A stretch of DNA of 64,000 nucleotides from Spizellomyces punctatus DAOM BR117 (GCA_000182565.2 KQ257450.1), one strand, 5' to 3'; positions 11,942-25,516 are shown, counted from the stretch's first letter. The notes: generated by a model from the letters alone, not told the origin. Made by a program: numbers and translations.

Positions 11942-14900
11942 ATGAGCGATAGACAATCAATCGTCTTTGTGCGCTCCAATCCCCGGACTGTTGTTCTCCG
12001 CCCGGCTGTAAATGTATCACAGACAGCATTGGTATTCGAATGCATAGAAGGTGGCGTTAGAACAAGGTCGACTGCCCGTTTCCAGCCGTCGGATACTCTT
12101 GATTTTTCAACCTTTGAGCTGCTCCAAGCGCGGCCCGTCTTTGGCTGCCTTGGTTTGGTACAAGTCGGCAACGGTAAGCACTTAGTTTGCAAGTCCTTGT
12201 TGTTTAAAGGCAGATACTCAACTGCGAATGTATCATTTTCCTTGCAAACAGACCTTTTTATTGGAATTGTTACAGAAGCTACCAAGGTGGGAGCGCCCTC
12301 TTGTTGGTTTATGGACGGCGATTCTCATTGATGCTTGGGCATGTAACAGGTCGGAGACCTTGAGAGTGCACCGATATATCGCATTCAGAGAGTTGCCTTC
12401 TACTCTCTCCTCTCCGATAGATATGACCTTTCGGCTCAAACTTTACCCATTGACGGAAATCCAGACGAAACATCTGTTGCGACGATACATCCATGCCAAC
12501 CTCTTATCAAGCTGCTGTCTACCGGTTCGTTCTACTTTAGCCCAACATTAGATCTGACCCGATCGGCACAGAAGCGTTCCGTGGATGTTCAGCAGGGGGG
12601 ATCGGCTGTGAATATTTTTGACAATGCCGATGCTCACTTTGTCTGGAACAAGCACTTGTTGAGTGGATTGCTGCAGATAAGGGAGCAGGAACTGTCAGCT
12701 CCGGAGAGAGAAGACCTTCTTGCGGGAGGTTTACTAGTATTGGCCATTCAGGGTTACGTTGGGATGGTTGACTTCACAATCGGGAGTTTACCTTGTCGAA
12801 TGGCTGTGATATCGCGGCTTAGCTGCAAAAGAGCTGGAACTCGTTTACTTTCGAGAGGGGTGAATGATGACGGGCATGTATCGAACTTTGTCGAGGTACG
12901 AGGCAGAATTACCTCCATGATGGTCGCGCTGAAGATCTCACACAGCCCATATTGTCTCTTTTCCCGTTAAGACGGAGTTCCTTCTGTATGGCGCGCATTC
13001 AACCTTTTCCTTCCTTCAGATTCGTGGAAGTGGTACGGGATGTCGTGTTGAGTAGATACCTTTTACATAATTGCAAATAATCTCACACGCTTCTTATCCC
13101 AGTGCCAGGTAGAGTGGCGGCTGTACATAACTGACTGAAACTTTCGTTGACCGCAGTTATATCCTATTTACATGTGCATGCAGTGTTTTGGGAGCAAACG
13201 GGGATTCAGGTTTGTGGAGTAAAAGAAATGTGGACTGTGTGCGTTTTTAACGATTATCCTGTAGATGACGCATAAAGTAACCATATCGAGAGGGGCCGAG
13301 TCTTCTGCTCCGGCGACAAGAAAACACTTTGAGGTACTACCTTTCCGTTACCAACACGATGTTGACGTTGACAACAGGACATGCTCTCACCGTATGCGAT
13401 TAGGAACTGATATCGCGATATAACAAAATCCATGTGATCAACCTGTTAGGACAAAAAGATGGCTCGAGTGAGCAGATGCTCAGTGAGCTGTTCCGCCAGA
13501 GCATATCCAAGATGATTGATCTTAGCGATGCTCTTGCATATACGGAATTTGATTTTCACGCCATTATAAAACGAGAGGGCTATGAACGGGTAAGTTTCCG
13601 CTTAGTCAAAGGACCCTTACAGTATCCTAATGGCGCTCTGGAATAGTTGAGCGAGCTAGTGGCTTTGCTCCGACGGCCGTTAGAGGACTATTCGTACTTC
13701 CTGGCAGATGCAGATGCGGGTAGTACGATCTTCAATCAGCAAGGCGTTGTGCGCACAAACTGCCTTGATTGCCTTGACAGGACGAATGTTGTGCAAACGT
13801 ATGCTTTTGATAAGAGTACGTAAAGTCAAACGGCTCTCTTACCTGTCCTTCTTCCGTAGGCGATTGGCACGACATGCTTTGGAAGGGTATTTGAGGCAGG
13901 TTGATCGCCGCTTTACACCGATTGAAGAGGACAACTTTGCAATACTTTTCAATGGGCTTTGGGCTGATGTACAGTGAAGTGCATACTAGATGTAACCATT
14001 CACACTTCCGTCGACTAATCCATTTCGTAATAGAATGGAGATTGGCTGAGCAAGATATACGGTGAGATCATTCAGATAGCTGGTCTTCATTTTGTCTGGG
14101 ATCGCAGTTTTAACATTATATTTAGCGGGCACCGGTGCACTAAAGTCATCTTACACCCGCAAGGGCAAATCGACCGTGTTAGGTAAGTCAGCTTCCTTGG
14201 ACTACAAGAGGCAGTGCGACCATGCAAATGAACATAATGTACAGGCTTTCTTGACGACGCTGCCAAATCGGTCAATCGGTTTTACATTAACAACTTCCAA
14301 GACAAAACAAGGTACGTTAGGCCACTACAGCGATACTCGCACGAATAACTCAATTTGCGGCCACATCAGACAAGAAGCGATCGATCTACTCCTTGGAAAG
14401 CTCGCAAATGCTGACACTGTCCTTCTGCGGAATCCATTGCACGATGCGGTGGCGAAGGAGATGCACAAGCGGTATGCTATAAGATTGAGAGTATCCGTAG
14501 GATGAGGGCGTTAACCCTTTATTTTTGGTTCGTCGCATCTTACAGCCTGCCAGAGGTACGTCCTGTTGTCTGCCTTTGGTTTTATGAGTAATACTCAAAT
14601 ACATCTGTTTATAGTATTCGTCTTCCGCTCGCGTCACGATGTTCCTAGGGACGTGGAATGTTAATGGGAAGCACGGTCGTGGGGAGAACATGGATTCGTG
14701 GTTAAAATCAGATAAAGGTGACTTGATACTCGTTCCAAACCATCTCGGAGGTTCAACTAAATGGTAACGCGTGAACTGTAGTCGAGTTTCCACATTTGTA
14801 CGCGATAGGCATTCAGGAGCTTATTGAGCTTACACCTGGTCAGGTATGACGTGTTTGAAATGGAGCGATGTCATTACACCAGAGCAATTAACGTCAGTTT

Positions 14901-16498
14901 AGTATATATCGGCTGATACAAATAAGCTACGACTCGACTGGGAGGCCACGTTGATGCGAGCCATAAACGGACGACCTGGAGCAAACTATGTTCTCCTGCG
15001 ATCCTTGCACTTGGTAGCGCTGGGCATTTTTGTTTTTGTCCGCGCAGATTCGGTGAACATGATTCGGCATGTAGAAAGCTCTACCAAAAAGACCGGTCTG
15101 GGAGGCATGGCCGCCAATAAAGGTGGCATCGGTATCAGTTTTAGCATCAATGACACCAGCGTCGCTCTGGTTACTGCCCATTTGGCGGCTGGTCAGAGTA
15201 ATGTGGATGAACGAAATCGAGATTACTGGACAATCCATGATGGACTGAATTTCCGTGGAAGGAGATTAGCAGAACATGATATGACGTTCTGGTTCGGTGA
15301 CTTCAACTACCGGATCAGTGCTCCAAACGAAGAAGTTCGCAGACGGGTCGGCCACAAAGAGCTCGACTACTTGTACCTCAATGACCAACTCAATGAGCAA
15401 CGAGCCTCTGGTGGCGCATTTGAAGGATACCAGGAGGGTGCTATAACCTTTGATCCGACCTACAAGTATGATAACGGTACGACCATCTATGACACGAGCG
15501 AAAAGGCTCGTGCACCGGCATGGACGGACCGGATACTTTTCAAAGGTCGCCATATACTATTGCGAGAGTATGCCAGGGGAGAAAGTCTCATATCCGATCA
15601 CAGACCCGTTCGAGCGGTGTTTGAACTAGACAGTGTCATTATTGACCGAGATCGAAAGGATGTACTTCAAAAGGAGATATACAAGGAGAAAATGGCCAGC
15701 AAAGATCTCCCACCACCTTTGCCCGTCCGGCCACAAGGTCCACCGCCAAAGATCCAGCGGCCTCCATCCACAGGACTCCTTATTGACCTCGCGGAGGATA
15801 CAAATCCACAACCGCAACAAACATCCATCTTTCCAAGCGAGACAACACGTAAGCCTTTCAGGTGATTAACGTTAATGGCACGCTGCATGCTAACATAATA
15901 GTTCCGTAAAGCCGCATCCACAAGCATCGGTGCTGCTCTCGGTTTCCGCGACTCTTTCCCACCAGCACGACCCGATTCCTTCCCACCAACCAAAAGCCTC
16001 GATTCCTCATTACCTCCTCCATCATCTGATACTTACAAATGGTGGGAACGGCAAATTGATGATGCATGGATACCTAGGGAAGGCGATGGCAAGGTTCGTG
16101 TTGGTATATCGCTCATGACCCGTGAGAGCATTAGATTAATCGGCTGCTCAATGCAGAACCCATTTTACACATTCCCATCCCAGTCTACGTCATCCATTAA
16201 CTCTCAGCAACCTCTGGCCCCCCAACTGCCTCCGGCTGGCCGCTCCTTCACCGTCCCTTCAAACACCTTCAACCGACCCCCACAGACAGCGTCTGCAACT
16301 CCACGATCATATACTGTGTCTTCATCCGTGTCGGCAAGTAAACATAACCCTTTCTTGGATCCACCCAGGAATACCAACCCTTCGATGGATGTGGCGACTG
16401 GCGGATTCCCCGACTCCACAGAAAATAGTTCACGGCAGGGAACGGGGCGTGGGAAGTTGAATCCTGAGCTCATACAGTTGTTTGGACAAGGTGCATAG
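11942..16498 (+). CDS. Synaptojanin-like polyphosphoinositide phosphatase (Sac1 + 5-phosphatase; INP52/INP53 family), many introns
   Basis: Sac1 motifs ISRLSCKRAGTR...RGVNDDGHVSNFVE, RGSVPVFWEQ, RTNCLDCLDRTN (CX5R intact). 5-phosphatase motifs GTWNVNG, NKGG, AHLAAG, FWFGDFNYRI, PTYKYD, PAWTDRIL, SDHRPV. Pro-rich tail with NPF motifs. Confidence 0.93.
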
Positions 16499-16613
16499 GA
16501 CGATGAAAGATTAGGGTTACCAGTTTTGGCAGTTTTAAACTATTATTTATCTGATACAAGCATCTGATAATCTCCTGTCCACAAATAGTTACCATCTAAA
16601 AAAAAAAAAAAAA

Positions 16614-19376
16614 TCACTGTTCCATTCCAATAATTACATTGGCCACCATATTCATAGGCCAGTACACATAGCAGATGAACGGCAACAACCAAGCGCCATA
16701 CAATGTCCACCCATCTACAACTTTGCCAGCAACACCTTGCGCAACGTCCAATCCCTCCCATAGTGACATAATACCTAGCAAACCAAGCGGGGAAGCCAAG
16801 GTAACAGCGGCCACGTTCAACAGAAATCGGTAATGACTTTCAGTTGGTCTCGCGAGGAGAAATGCTGGTACGCTGGGAATGGCGAGAAATACCGAGAGAC
16901 TTGGATTTAACGTTGATAATGCAATTAATGCGGCGCCCAGTTCCGCACACCCCAAGCACTTCAAGATCAGCCAAGCGGGTGCGGTGGTTCTCGTGCTTGC
17001 ACCTGAACCCTCCATCATTCGCTGCAGTGTTGGGATCATAAAGCTGTAGATTGTCGCTGTAACGACTACAACGGCTGCTGCCATATTAAATGGCTACAAA
17101 AAATGATGACTGAATGAGAATTTGCAATAACCTATTTCAGGCAAAACATCCATACGTACATTGACCTCCCCAATAAGCGCCATAAACCGCACAGTAGGTG
17201 CTAGGTAAAACGCAATCGCTCCCGCCGCATGACACAGGACTAGAGTCACAACCGGTAAAAACAAAGGGCGGATACGGATATTAAATGCCGATATATCGGC
17301 CGGATGATTCGCAACTTCTGTTCCTTCGATCAAGTTTGGTCGCGCCGGTGGACTTTGATGGAGGTCGCCAGACGCCCACCACATCACCAATGACTGTCCA
17401 TGAGATTACCATCAATTGCTGCGCATTCACGAATCGTCACTTTGTCTTCATACCTCAATAACCAACGTCACAGAGAGTAGAATTACAGGCGGTATGTAGA
17501 CCGATAATGGAATGAAAGACTGTGCAGTGGGCATGATATAGAACCAATACGCATGATGGAGTCTTTCAAGCAAGTTATTCAAGCTTCTCAAAGCTGATTC
17601 AATTGCTCTAAACAAGAATGAATAAGTACATGCAAATAAAAAGTAGATATCTCAGCCTTACCGTCCAATCTGATGCCCAGTGATCGGGTATTGGGTCCCT
17701 TTCACATCATGAAGACCCCTTACTGTCATGGCTTCAATGTGGTATCTAGTACTACATTAGGATCATACGCGGACTCTTGCAATATCCAGATGCAATACCT
17801 CGCATATAACGCATGGCTTGCAGTAGGAACACCAAGAGCCTGGCTCTTCATGTATTCAAGAATGATGTCCGCCTTATGGAAGTAGCTGGACCAGTTATCG
17901 TCAAACTTATTCGGTGAGACAACATTGTGAATTCCAACAGGGAGTCCCTCATATTGCGCGCATCGGACGACGGTGGTGACCAGATCGGCATTTGGCAGTA
18001 GGCCATTCAAACCATCTGAGATAAAAAGATAATTTTAATACCTATGGACGACTTTGATCGGCAAAACATTCCTAGAGTTTTTACCTACAAGGATTCCCAC
18101 CGCTGAATATGCTCCGTTACCATCAAATTCCAAATTAATAGCTTCATGAATGACACCCCCGTGTCTGTCAAGCGGATCGTATTGCAACCCTGAAACAATC
18201 GTCCTTTAGCCGATCAACCGATGGAAATCATCTACCAAGTTAGAGGAGCTTACATGATGAAAGGTCGCTCTGGACGCCATGGTAGGCTTCGAGCCATGCT
18301 TGAGTTCCAATCGGACTGGGGTGTGTGACCAAAAATATAAAGTCCTTGGCCCAATGCGAAAATCCTAGGGGTTTGCGTTAGGTAAAGTTATTTGCGTATA
18401 CAAGAACGGGATGTCTGATGCTTACTTGTCACGAATTTTGCAAACGCCAATACATAGCTAACCCCCTCGGCATTTACTAAAAGACGATTGGTAAAATCCA
18501 TACGAGCATTACGAATATGCATGGAGAGAAAGTGCTTACCGGCGCCATTTTCCAATAGCCACGGTGCCGATATGACAATCGCCTCTGTCCCATCGCCTCG
18601 GGGAGCGCGGAAAACCGCGTAAGAATTTGCTCCGGAAACTATTTCATCATGGCGCGCATGCAGAAAGTTCTGAGTTGACGCATCCAATCCAAAGCTGCGA
18701 AATTCCTGCTCAAGAAATTCTGCGTGCCTAGTTGAAAGATCTTTATATAAGCTCAACAGTTTCCATATGCGAATGAGATGCACAAAGTTCTAAGATCACG
18801 TTGACCAGAACAAAGCACCGCATTATCTCTTTCCGAAAAGGAGAGTCATTAATAGCAAGATCTCATACATACCCGGACACATTCTTGGAGGGATCCCCCA
18901 TTGTTCGTATCTGATCTCGATAGCTAGTGGCCACCCATAAGTCAAGATCGCCAAAATACTTTGAAGTCTGCCAACACACATCACTTGATTACTGCCGACG
19001 CTATGCAATGGACAGCACGCTCATAGAATAGCGCACTCACCTGCCCTGGTAGCAACGCATTTTCGTCGACCTTCGCGACGTGATGGAATTCGTCTCGGGG
19101 CAAGAGAAGCAACCACAAGAGTCCAACAACGTAAAATATCCAACTATTCATTGCAACCCATTAGTACTATTCCTGTTATCCCTGACAGACGGAAACAATC
19201 ATCCATAGTTCTTTAGGAGCCCACACTTGAACATGCAGTAAGACCCACCTCGAAGAAGAAATGACTTTCTGCAGGTAATACCCGACAACTCTGCGAAAAT
19301 GAATCCTCCTCAGCTCCTTTGCGAGCTTGGGCGGCGAAGGAGCCGCTGCCGTCGCGGACCGCTTGAAACGCAGCAT
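16614..19376 (-). CDS. GAA1: GPI transamidase component Gaa1 (spliced)
   Basis: [57 protein letters not shown]-terminal multi-TM region (LNPSLS...ICYVYWP). Confidence 0.9.
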
Positions 19377-19637
19377 TTCAGTTCCTTTAGCAGGTCCACC
19401 TCTAGCCTGGCTGGAAAGTTGACTCCATGTTGAGTGAGTCATGCTTATGTAAGCAGTCGGAGCAGAGGAGAAACAGCACTTGGTTTGCCCCTAAGCGATA
19501 CCATGGAATTGAGGGTATAGGCGACCCTTTTGAAAAATGCTATGTAGCCCGCTCTTCACCGTTTAATAGTGTACAGCAGACTCTTTTTCGAATAGTACGC
19601 AGCTCGGGACTACGTTTCCGATAGTGACTATTGGAAG

Positions 19638-21791
19638 ATGTCGTCCAGGAACGAACTCACCCCGAGCATAAGCTTATCGCCTGATTCGGCCATGAATCTT
19701 CCTGGACGATTTTCACGAAGCAAGCGGCCGAGCAAGTCAAAGAAAGAAGATCTACCTCCAAAGGAAACTCACCAGAAGATCGAAAGGCTCACGAAACGGA
19801 GTTTGTACGAACGGCTAACCTATGCTCTGGACATTCTTGTGCCGGAAGATGAGCCGGAGACTATGGTGGTCCCTGCTGGACATTTTTTGCAACAGGTCCA
19901 CTATGGAAAGATACATCGGTGGAGGGTGGCCCAGAATGAATTTGCGAATTTGCCGGAATATCTCATTGACCATCGAGAGAAAGAGCCCCACTACAATGTC
20001 TTTGTAAAGAGCGAAGGATGGTTCCCAATCTTTGACCTAACGTCAGCCTTTTTGAAGAGATGGGATATGCTATCCTTAATCTTGCTTATCTTCACAGCAT
20101 CGGTTACACCCTTCGAGACTGCGTAAGTAGGACGGGACATTGGATCTCTTGATTATGAGACAGGCTGGCTGTTTATCTTGCTTTCGCTACAAATCAAAAC
20201 TTATCAGCCCGCTTTTTGCAATAGATTCATCGCGAGCGACAACTCTATCAATATCATGTTCTTGATCAACCGCGTGGTTGACCTCGTCTTCTTCGTTGAT
20301 ATGTTCGTCCAAATTCGAACTCCCTATCGCGATCCTCAAACCGGGAGACTCGTCCGAGATGGCAAATCAATTCTGCTTCGGTACCTGAAATCGTGGTTTC
20401 TTATTGACTTGGTATCTGTAATACCTTTCGAGCTTGTGAACATGGGTCAAGGAGGGGGAAAGAAGAACTTGAATCAACTGAGACTTTTACGGTTTTTACG
20501 ACTTGCGCGTCTGTTGAAACTGCTTCGAGTCCTTCGAGCTAGCCGCAAGTTGAAACAATGGCAAGTGCATATAAACTTGCGTTACGCGACATTGAAGGTC
20601 CTCCAGGTAAGTCAAATAGAGTGTTTCGGAAATTTCAACAAGTTGACTGATTGAACGCATGTAGTATTGCATCATCATCATGTTCGTCATTCACTGGCTT
20701 GCATGCGGATACCGGTTGGCGGACGAGCAAAACGCTCCAACGGATCCTCCAGGATGGCTAGCAAACTACGCGACTTACGCCAACGTATCTCTTTCCTCTA
20801 TCTCACCCTGGGAAGCTTACGTCTTGGCAGTCTATTGGAGTTCGTCTACGTTCAGCTTGGTTGGGCCCCAATGGGAAGTCATCGCACCAACGACAGTTAG
20901 AGAAACCGGCTATGCGTTCTTTGCTACGTTTGTATCTTATATAACTGCGCTGTATTTGATTGGCTCCCTGGTCAACATATTGGGTATCGCCAATCGAGTG
21001 CAGAGGGAACATGATCTACGAGTCGATAACTATCTCGAGATGTTCGACCGTCTCAAGTTAGACCAGCGACTGAAGATCAAGGTGCACGAATATCTCTCGG
21101 ATCATTTTGCTGCTGCAACCACTCAGGCGTACACAAATCTTCTGAAAGACCTTCCTACCCAATTACATGGGTTTATTACAATGGAGATCTTTGTTGATTT
21201 TATTGGTCAAATACCCTACCTCGAACCATTTATCGATCGAGAGCCGTCCATGACGCAGGAACTCTGTCGCGGAATTGAGATTCGGACCATCCCAGCGAAT
21301 GCGCACATTTTCACTGAAGGGTATGAGGGAATCTACTACTTGGAACATGGAATTGTGGCAATCGAAGGAAGGGTGTATCCCAGGTAAAAAAAGAAAGTTT
21401 CTTATCGCGACATGCTCTCTCTCTCTCATTCCTCCTCTCACTGATATATTTCTGCAGCGGAAGCGTCTTTGGGCGAACTTCTCTACGTGAAAATATCAAG
21501 CAAAGCGAGTGCAGGGCATTAACCAACGTGACAATCCACGTCTTGCCCCTAACGATCTTGAAGAGCACTTTGGAAAGGAACCCAAAGATTCGATACTACG
21601 CCAAGCGATGGATAGCATGGCAGCTATTGAGGCGATACATATTCACGTATACGACTTTATACTACACTGCCGCGAAGAGGGGTGCAAGAATGATCCCGCC
21701 GCTCATGTCGATGAGGCCGAACTTGAAGGAAGGCGAATTCGACGATATTGACCTCGCGGTTCTTGAGCATATCAATGAATTCAATTATTAG
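19638..21791 (+). CDS. Voltage-gated 6TM channel of the CNBD superfamily (KCNH/HCN-like) with non-canonical pore (spliced)
   Basis: S1 WDMLSLILLIFTASVTPFETAF, S2-S3 VDLVFFVD...YLKSWFLIDLVSVIPFE, S4 LRLLRFLRLARLLKLLRVLRASR, S5 HWLAC, pore helix YVLAVYWS, C-linker LLKDLPTQL, truncated CNBD. Confidence 0.88.
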
Positions 21792-23014
21792 TTGTATCTT
21801 AATGATGGACCGATCGTTCATAATTGAACATGTGGCATTAGTGTAAAACATGGCCCTTCTAGAGGGAAAAAGCTTCAATGAATTGTGCTTTTATAAACAT
21901 GCTCGTTTGTAAGCAACATTTAGATGGAGATGAGGAGTCCTTTCACGATTGGCATCCGAAGCAAAGACTACAAAATCTAAAACGGTGACCCGCTAGTAGT
22001 GTGAAGCTTGGCCTTTTTTGAACGAGATAAACAGTAATATTAAAGGTGCGATATGTTGTTAGTCAAACAATAGGACAACGGGCGCACTGCTAATGAACAA
22101 TGGCAGCTGTATTGATGAATAATGGGCACTTAAGCACAGGTTGAGTTAAACTACTGTCAACAAAGAAAAGGAACCCGCATGTTTCTTGGAAATGGGGCTC
22201 ATGAACCTGGAGATTTCCAAAGTTGGTGGACTCTCCGATAGTCGAGATGGATGACGTGAGCTCACGGTATCGCACGATCTTGATCATGGCTTACGAAAAT
22301 CACCCTGCCGGTCTTCCCCACAGTTCATGGCATTGCACTTGGCATTCCAGTTTATACAAGAGCAAATATGATAAACGGCAGCTGTTTATGCGGCGATGTT
22401 CAATATGAATACACTGGGGAACTGGGAAGCATGACCGTTTGTCACTGCGGGTCTTGTCGCAAAGGTATAGGGCTGTAGTTTTTGGATTCGCATCTGCATT
22501 AGCCTCATATCAATAATTTTAGCGCAAGGACATAGTTGCGTTGCTGTAGTAGTAGATGCTACGCTTTTTAAATGGACGCATGGGCAGAAATGCATTAGAG
22601 AGTTTGAGTCTACGATCGGGAAGAAAAGAGCGTTCTGTGAACGCTGCGGAACTCCTTTGTATTCGCGTAGAGATGATCTTCCGACTGTCTTGAGGTATGT
22701 AATTCGTGGTTCTATAGTCGCATTTGTGGGTAGCTGACTCAATACTCGCAGACTACGGATGGGAACAGTGGATACACCCACTGACGCAACACCCGTTGCG
22801 CACATTTATGCCACAGACGTGCCAGCTTGGGCAGCACTGGACGATGACATTCCGCGGTACTCGGAACTAGAGCCAAGCCGAATGTAGTTGTCGCAAGGGA
22901 GTTAACTTCTGGCTTGCACATCAAGTGCAGTCTATTGCGATGCACTCTAATTCGCACTGCTATTTACATGCATTACAGACTAAGATATAACTAGAAACAT
23001 CGCCAACATACAAT

Positions 23015-24193
23015 CTAGATGATTTGCAAGTAATTTGACGGAGCAATTCCAACTGCTCCTGATGGTGTGCGAACCTGCCACCATTTGCCCTGACTGCTCA
23101 ACACCTCCAGCACGTCGCCTTTAGCGAATGAGACTTCGGTCGGGTCTTCAGGATTGGCTTCNNNNNNNNNNNNNNNNNNNNNNNNNNNNNNNNNNNNNNN
23201 NNNNNNNNNNNNNNNNNNNNNNNNNNNNNNNNNNNNNNNNNNNNNNNNNNNNNNNNNNNNNGCATATGCATTAGTATCGGCAGTAGATCTTTACGATTAA
23301 AGCATGATATGCTTACATGGGAAGAGTGCGTTGGCTTTTGTCACATTGGGCTTAGGACCAGTGTCCACAGCATATGGAGCGGTTTCAGAAGCTACAGGTG
23401 GGATCGCCGAGTCGCGGGGACCGGTGTAATCCTGGGGAGGAACGGCAGGAGCGATGCCGGGAGCGGGACCGTTGCGGGCACCGAAACGGGGTGTTGAGGC
23501 GAGGCATGGTGAAAGACAAAGCTATTGTCACCGTTCATGTTGTTCACGAAGGCTTTCTCGCTGGGAGCCAAAGAAGAATATCCAAGGAAAGCTACATCCG
23601 GGGACATTTCGGTTAAAATGTGATACCAGCAACTGTGAATGCATTAAGAGCATTAAGACACTTACATAGGCAAATGAGAGGAAGAATAGGCCCAGCAGCA
23701 AAGAGACCTCCACCGGATTTGGTACGACTAGGGACTCCAGGAATTGAAATATCTCCCAAGATGGAGTCCAAATCACTGGTGATAAAGACAAATCCAATCG
23801 CCAAAATGGCTACGAGCTACAGAGAAAAGGCTGTCAGTACCAGCTTCCATTGGTACCACAAAAAAGTATAGACTCACCGCGGTGCGGTAGTGTTCCATAG
23901 TAGCGGTGACAAGAAGCGCGGCTACACCGAGGAGAGTGAAAAGGTAGAAGAAGAGATGGAACCACGCGGCAGAGAGAGGGTTCTTTCCGCGACCGCGGAG
24001 GCCATCCTTGATATCGTCATACTGGCTTTGAAGGATGCATATACCGATGAAGGCAAAAAACCACCCCAGCTGATGAATAGAACAGCAATATTAGTTTTCC
24101 TCCCCAACTGTTTAACGCAAAAATGTCAAAGTCACCCACCACAGCCAAGATCAAGGTACCGAGGTATTTGTAATTCGACGTAATATTTTGCAT
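23015..24193 (-). CDS. SHO1: Sho1 osmosensor (4 TM + C-terminal SH3), interrupted by assembly gap
   Basis: TM exons MQNITSNYKYLGTLILAV|LGWFFAFIGICI...AWFHLFFYLFTLLGVAALLVTATMEHYRTA|LVAILAIGFVF...WIFFFGS. Beyond the gap: EANPEDPTEVSFAKGDVLEVLSSQGKWWQVRTPSGAVGIAPSNYLQII* (23015-23161), a Sho1-type SH3. Confidence 0.85.
23162..23261. other. Assembly gap (100 N)
   Basis: Run of N. Confidence 1.
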
Positions 24194-25516
24194 AGCGTAA
24201 GGCATAGTCTGTGGTGTTTCCCGCGAAAAGCTTTGTAAAGTTCAGACAACTTGTTTGTAAGGAGGGGAGGCTCAAAAGGCGGATTCCGTTTTATACCAAA
24301 AGGTGTGAAGATCAGATGATGGTACGTACAGCCCGGGCAAAGGCTCTGAATACGTTCCCAGTTTGAAAAAGTCAAGGGCCGTCAGGCGTAACCCGCCAAC
24401 TTTCTTTAAATAGCAACTGATTTCGATTTCTATTTTAAGTTAAATGGCGTGAGGCCCAGTCACGAAAGTGCAGCGGCAAGGCTGTTGCCCATAAAAGGCA
24501 AAGTCACGTTCATTCATTTAAATAAGAAATGCTGACAGCTGAGCGGAGATCTCCGAAAGGAGGTTTTGATAAAAAGCAAGATCTTTTTGTCCATGCATGC
24601 AGGAATATAAACAAACACAGACACATGCAAACAGGGCTGAAAGTTACGCACGCTGTGTGGATTGCCACAAATGATAATCTTATTCATACTCTGCTTGCAT
24701 AGTTTAAAACATGTGCGTTGTTCATCTGATACAAGCATCAATGTTCTGCCCACGCGGAAGCAGATGCACAGAGCCTATGATTTCGTTTGAGCCACTGCTA
24801 TATGTGACATTTGTAGTGTTTCCGATTGAAATACATTTGCAAAACTAAGTCGTGTGGTCTACGAAATAGTAGCACATGGACATATTTTAAAAAGGATCGC
24901 AATTGCTCTCAGCAAAGTGCCTCTTATGGTGACTCCAAGGAACTGGGTGCGGGTATATATTTAATGTTTCCCGCTCCTTGGGTCAAGTCCAAAAGGAGTT
25001 GAGTACACATTTGAGAACAAATTAGTTTTGTAAAGTGCATGGCACTTCTTTGACAGCATTCTGCAAGCTGTATAACCGCAACCAAACATTCACCTTCATA
25101 AAAAATACCTTGACACTAGAATGAAATGAGAAGAATCACCAAACATGCATGGCACATTAAAGGATAATGCGCCTTCAGTATTCACAGTTGCACCCATCCG
25201 CGGGTGGTGAGCATGGCTAATGGAAAGTGACCATCGTCAAGAGAAAGAATACGACAGTCCAGAGCAATTGGCGCAGCGACTAATCCTCGAGCTATAGGTA
25301 TGGCAATCTTGCACAAAGTGGAACACCAGCCGAAACCAGTTACAAATGCCCATATTACTCTATATGACGCTCTCAAATGGCGCATGAGGTCGCGGAAGAA
25401 AATCAAAAACAACGGGAGATCCAAGACTCGTCAGCAACAGCTTGTATTTTTCCAAGAGAACCGACGCCCAAGCCCATCACAGATACACCTTAATACAATA
25501 AGAACTCCATCGTAAT

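Noticed and set aside
16598-16613. 16-nt poly-A run between synaptojanin and GAA1 3' ends
   Set aside because: Simple homopolymer in convergent 3' UTRs; no target-site duplication or retro-element body.
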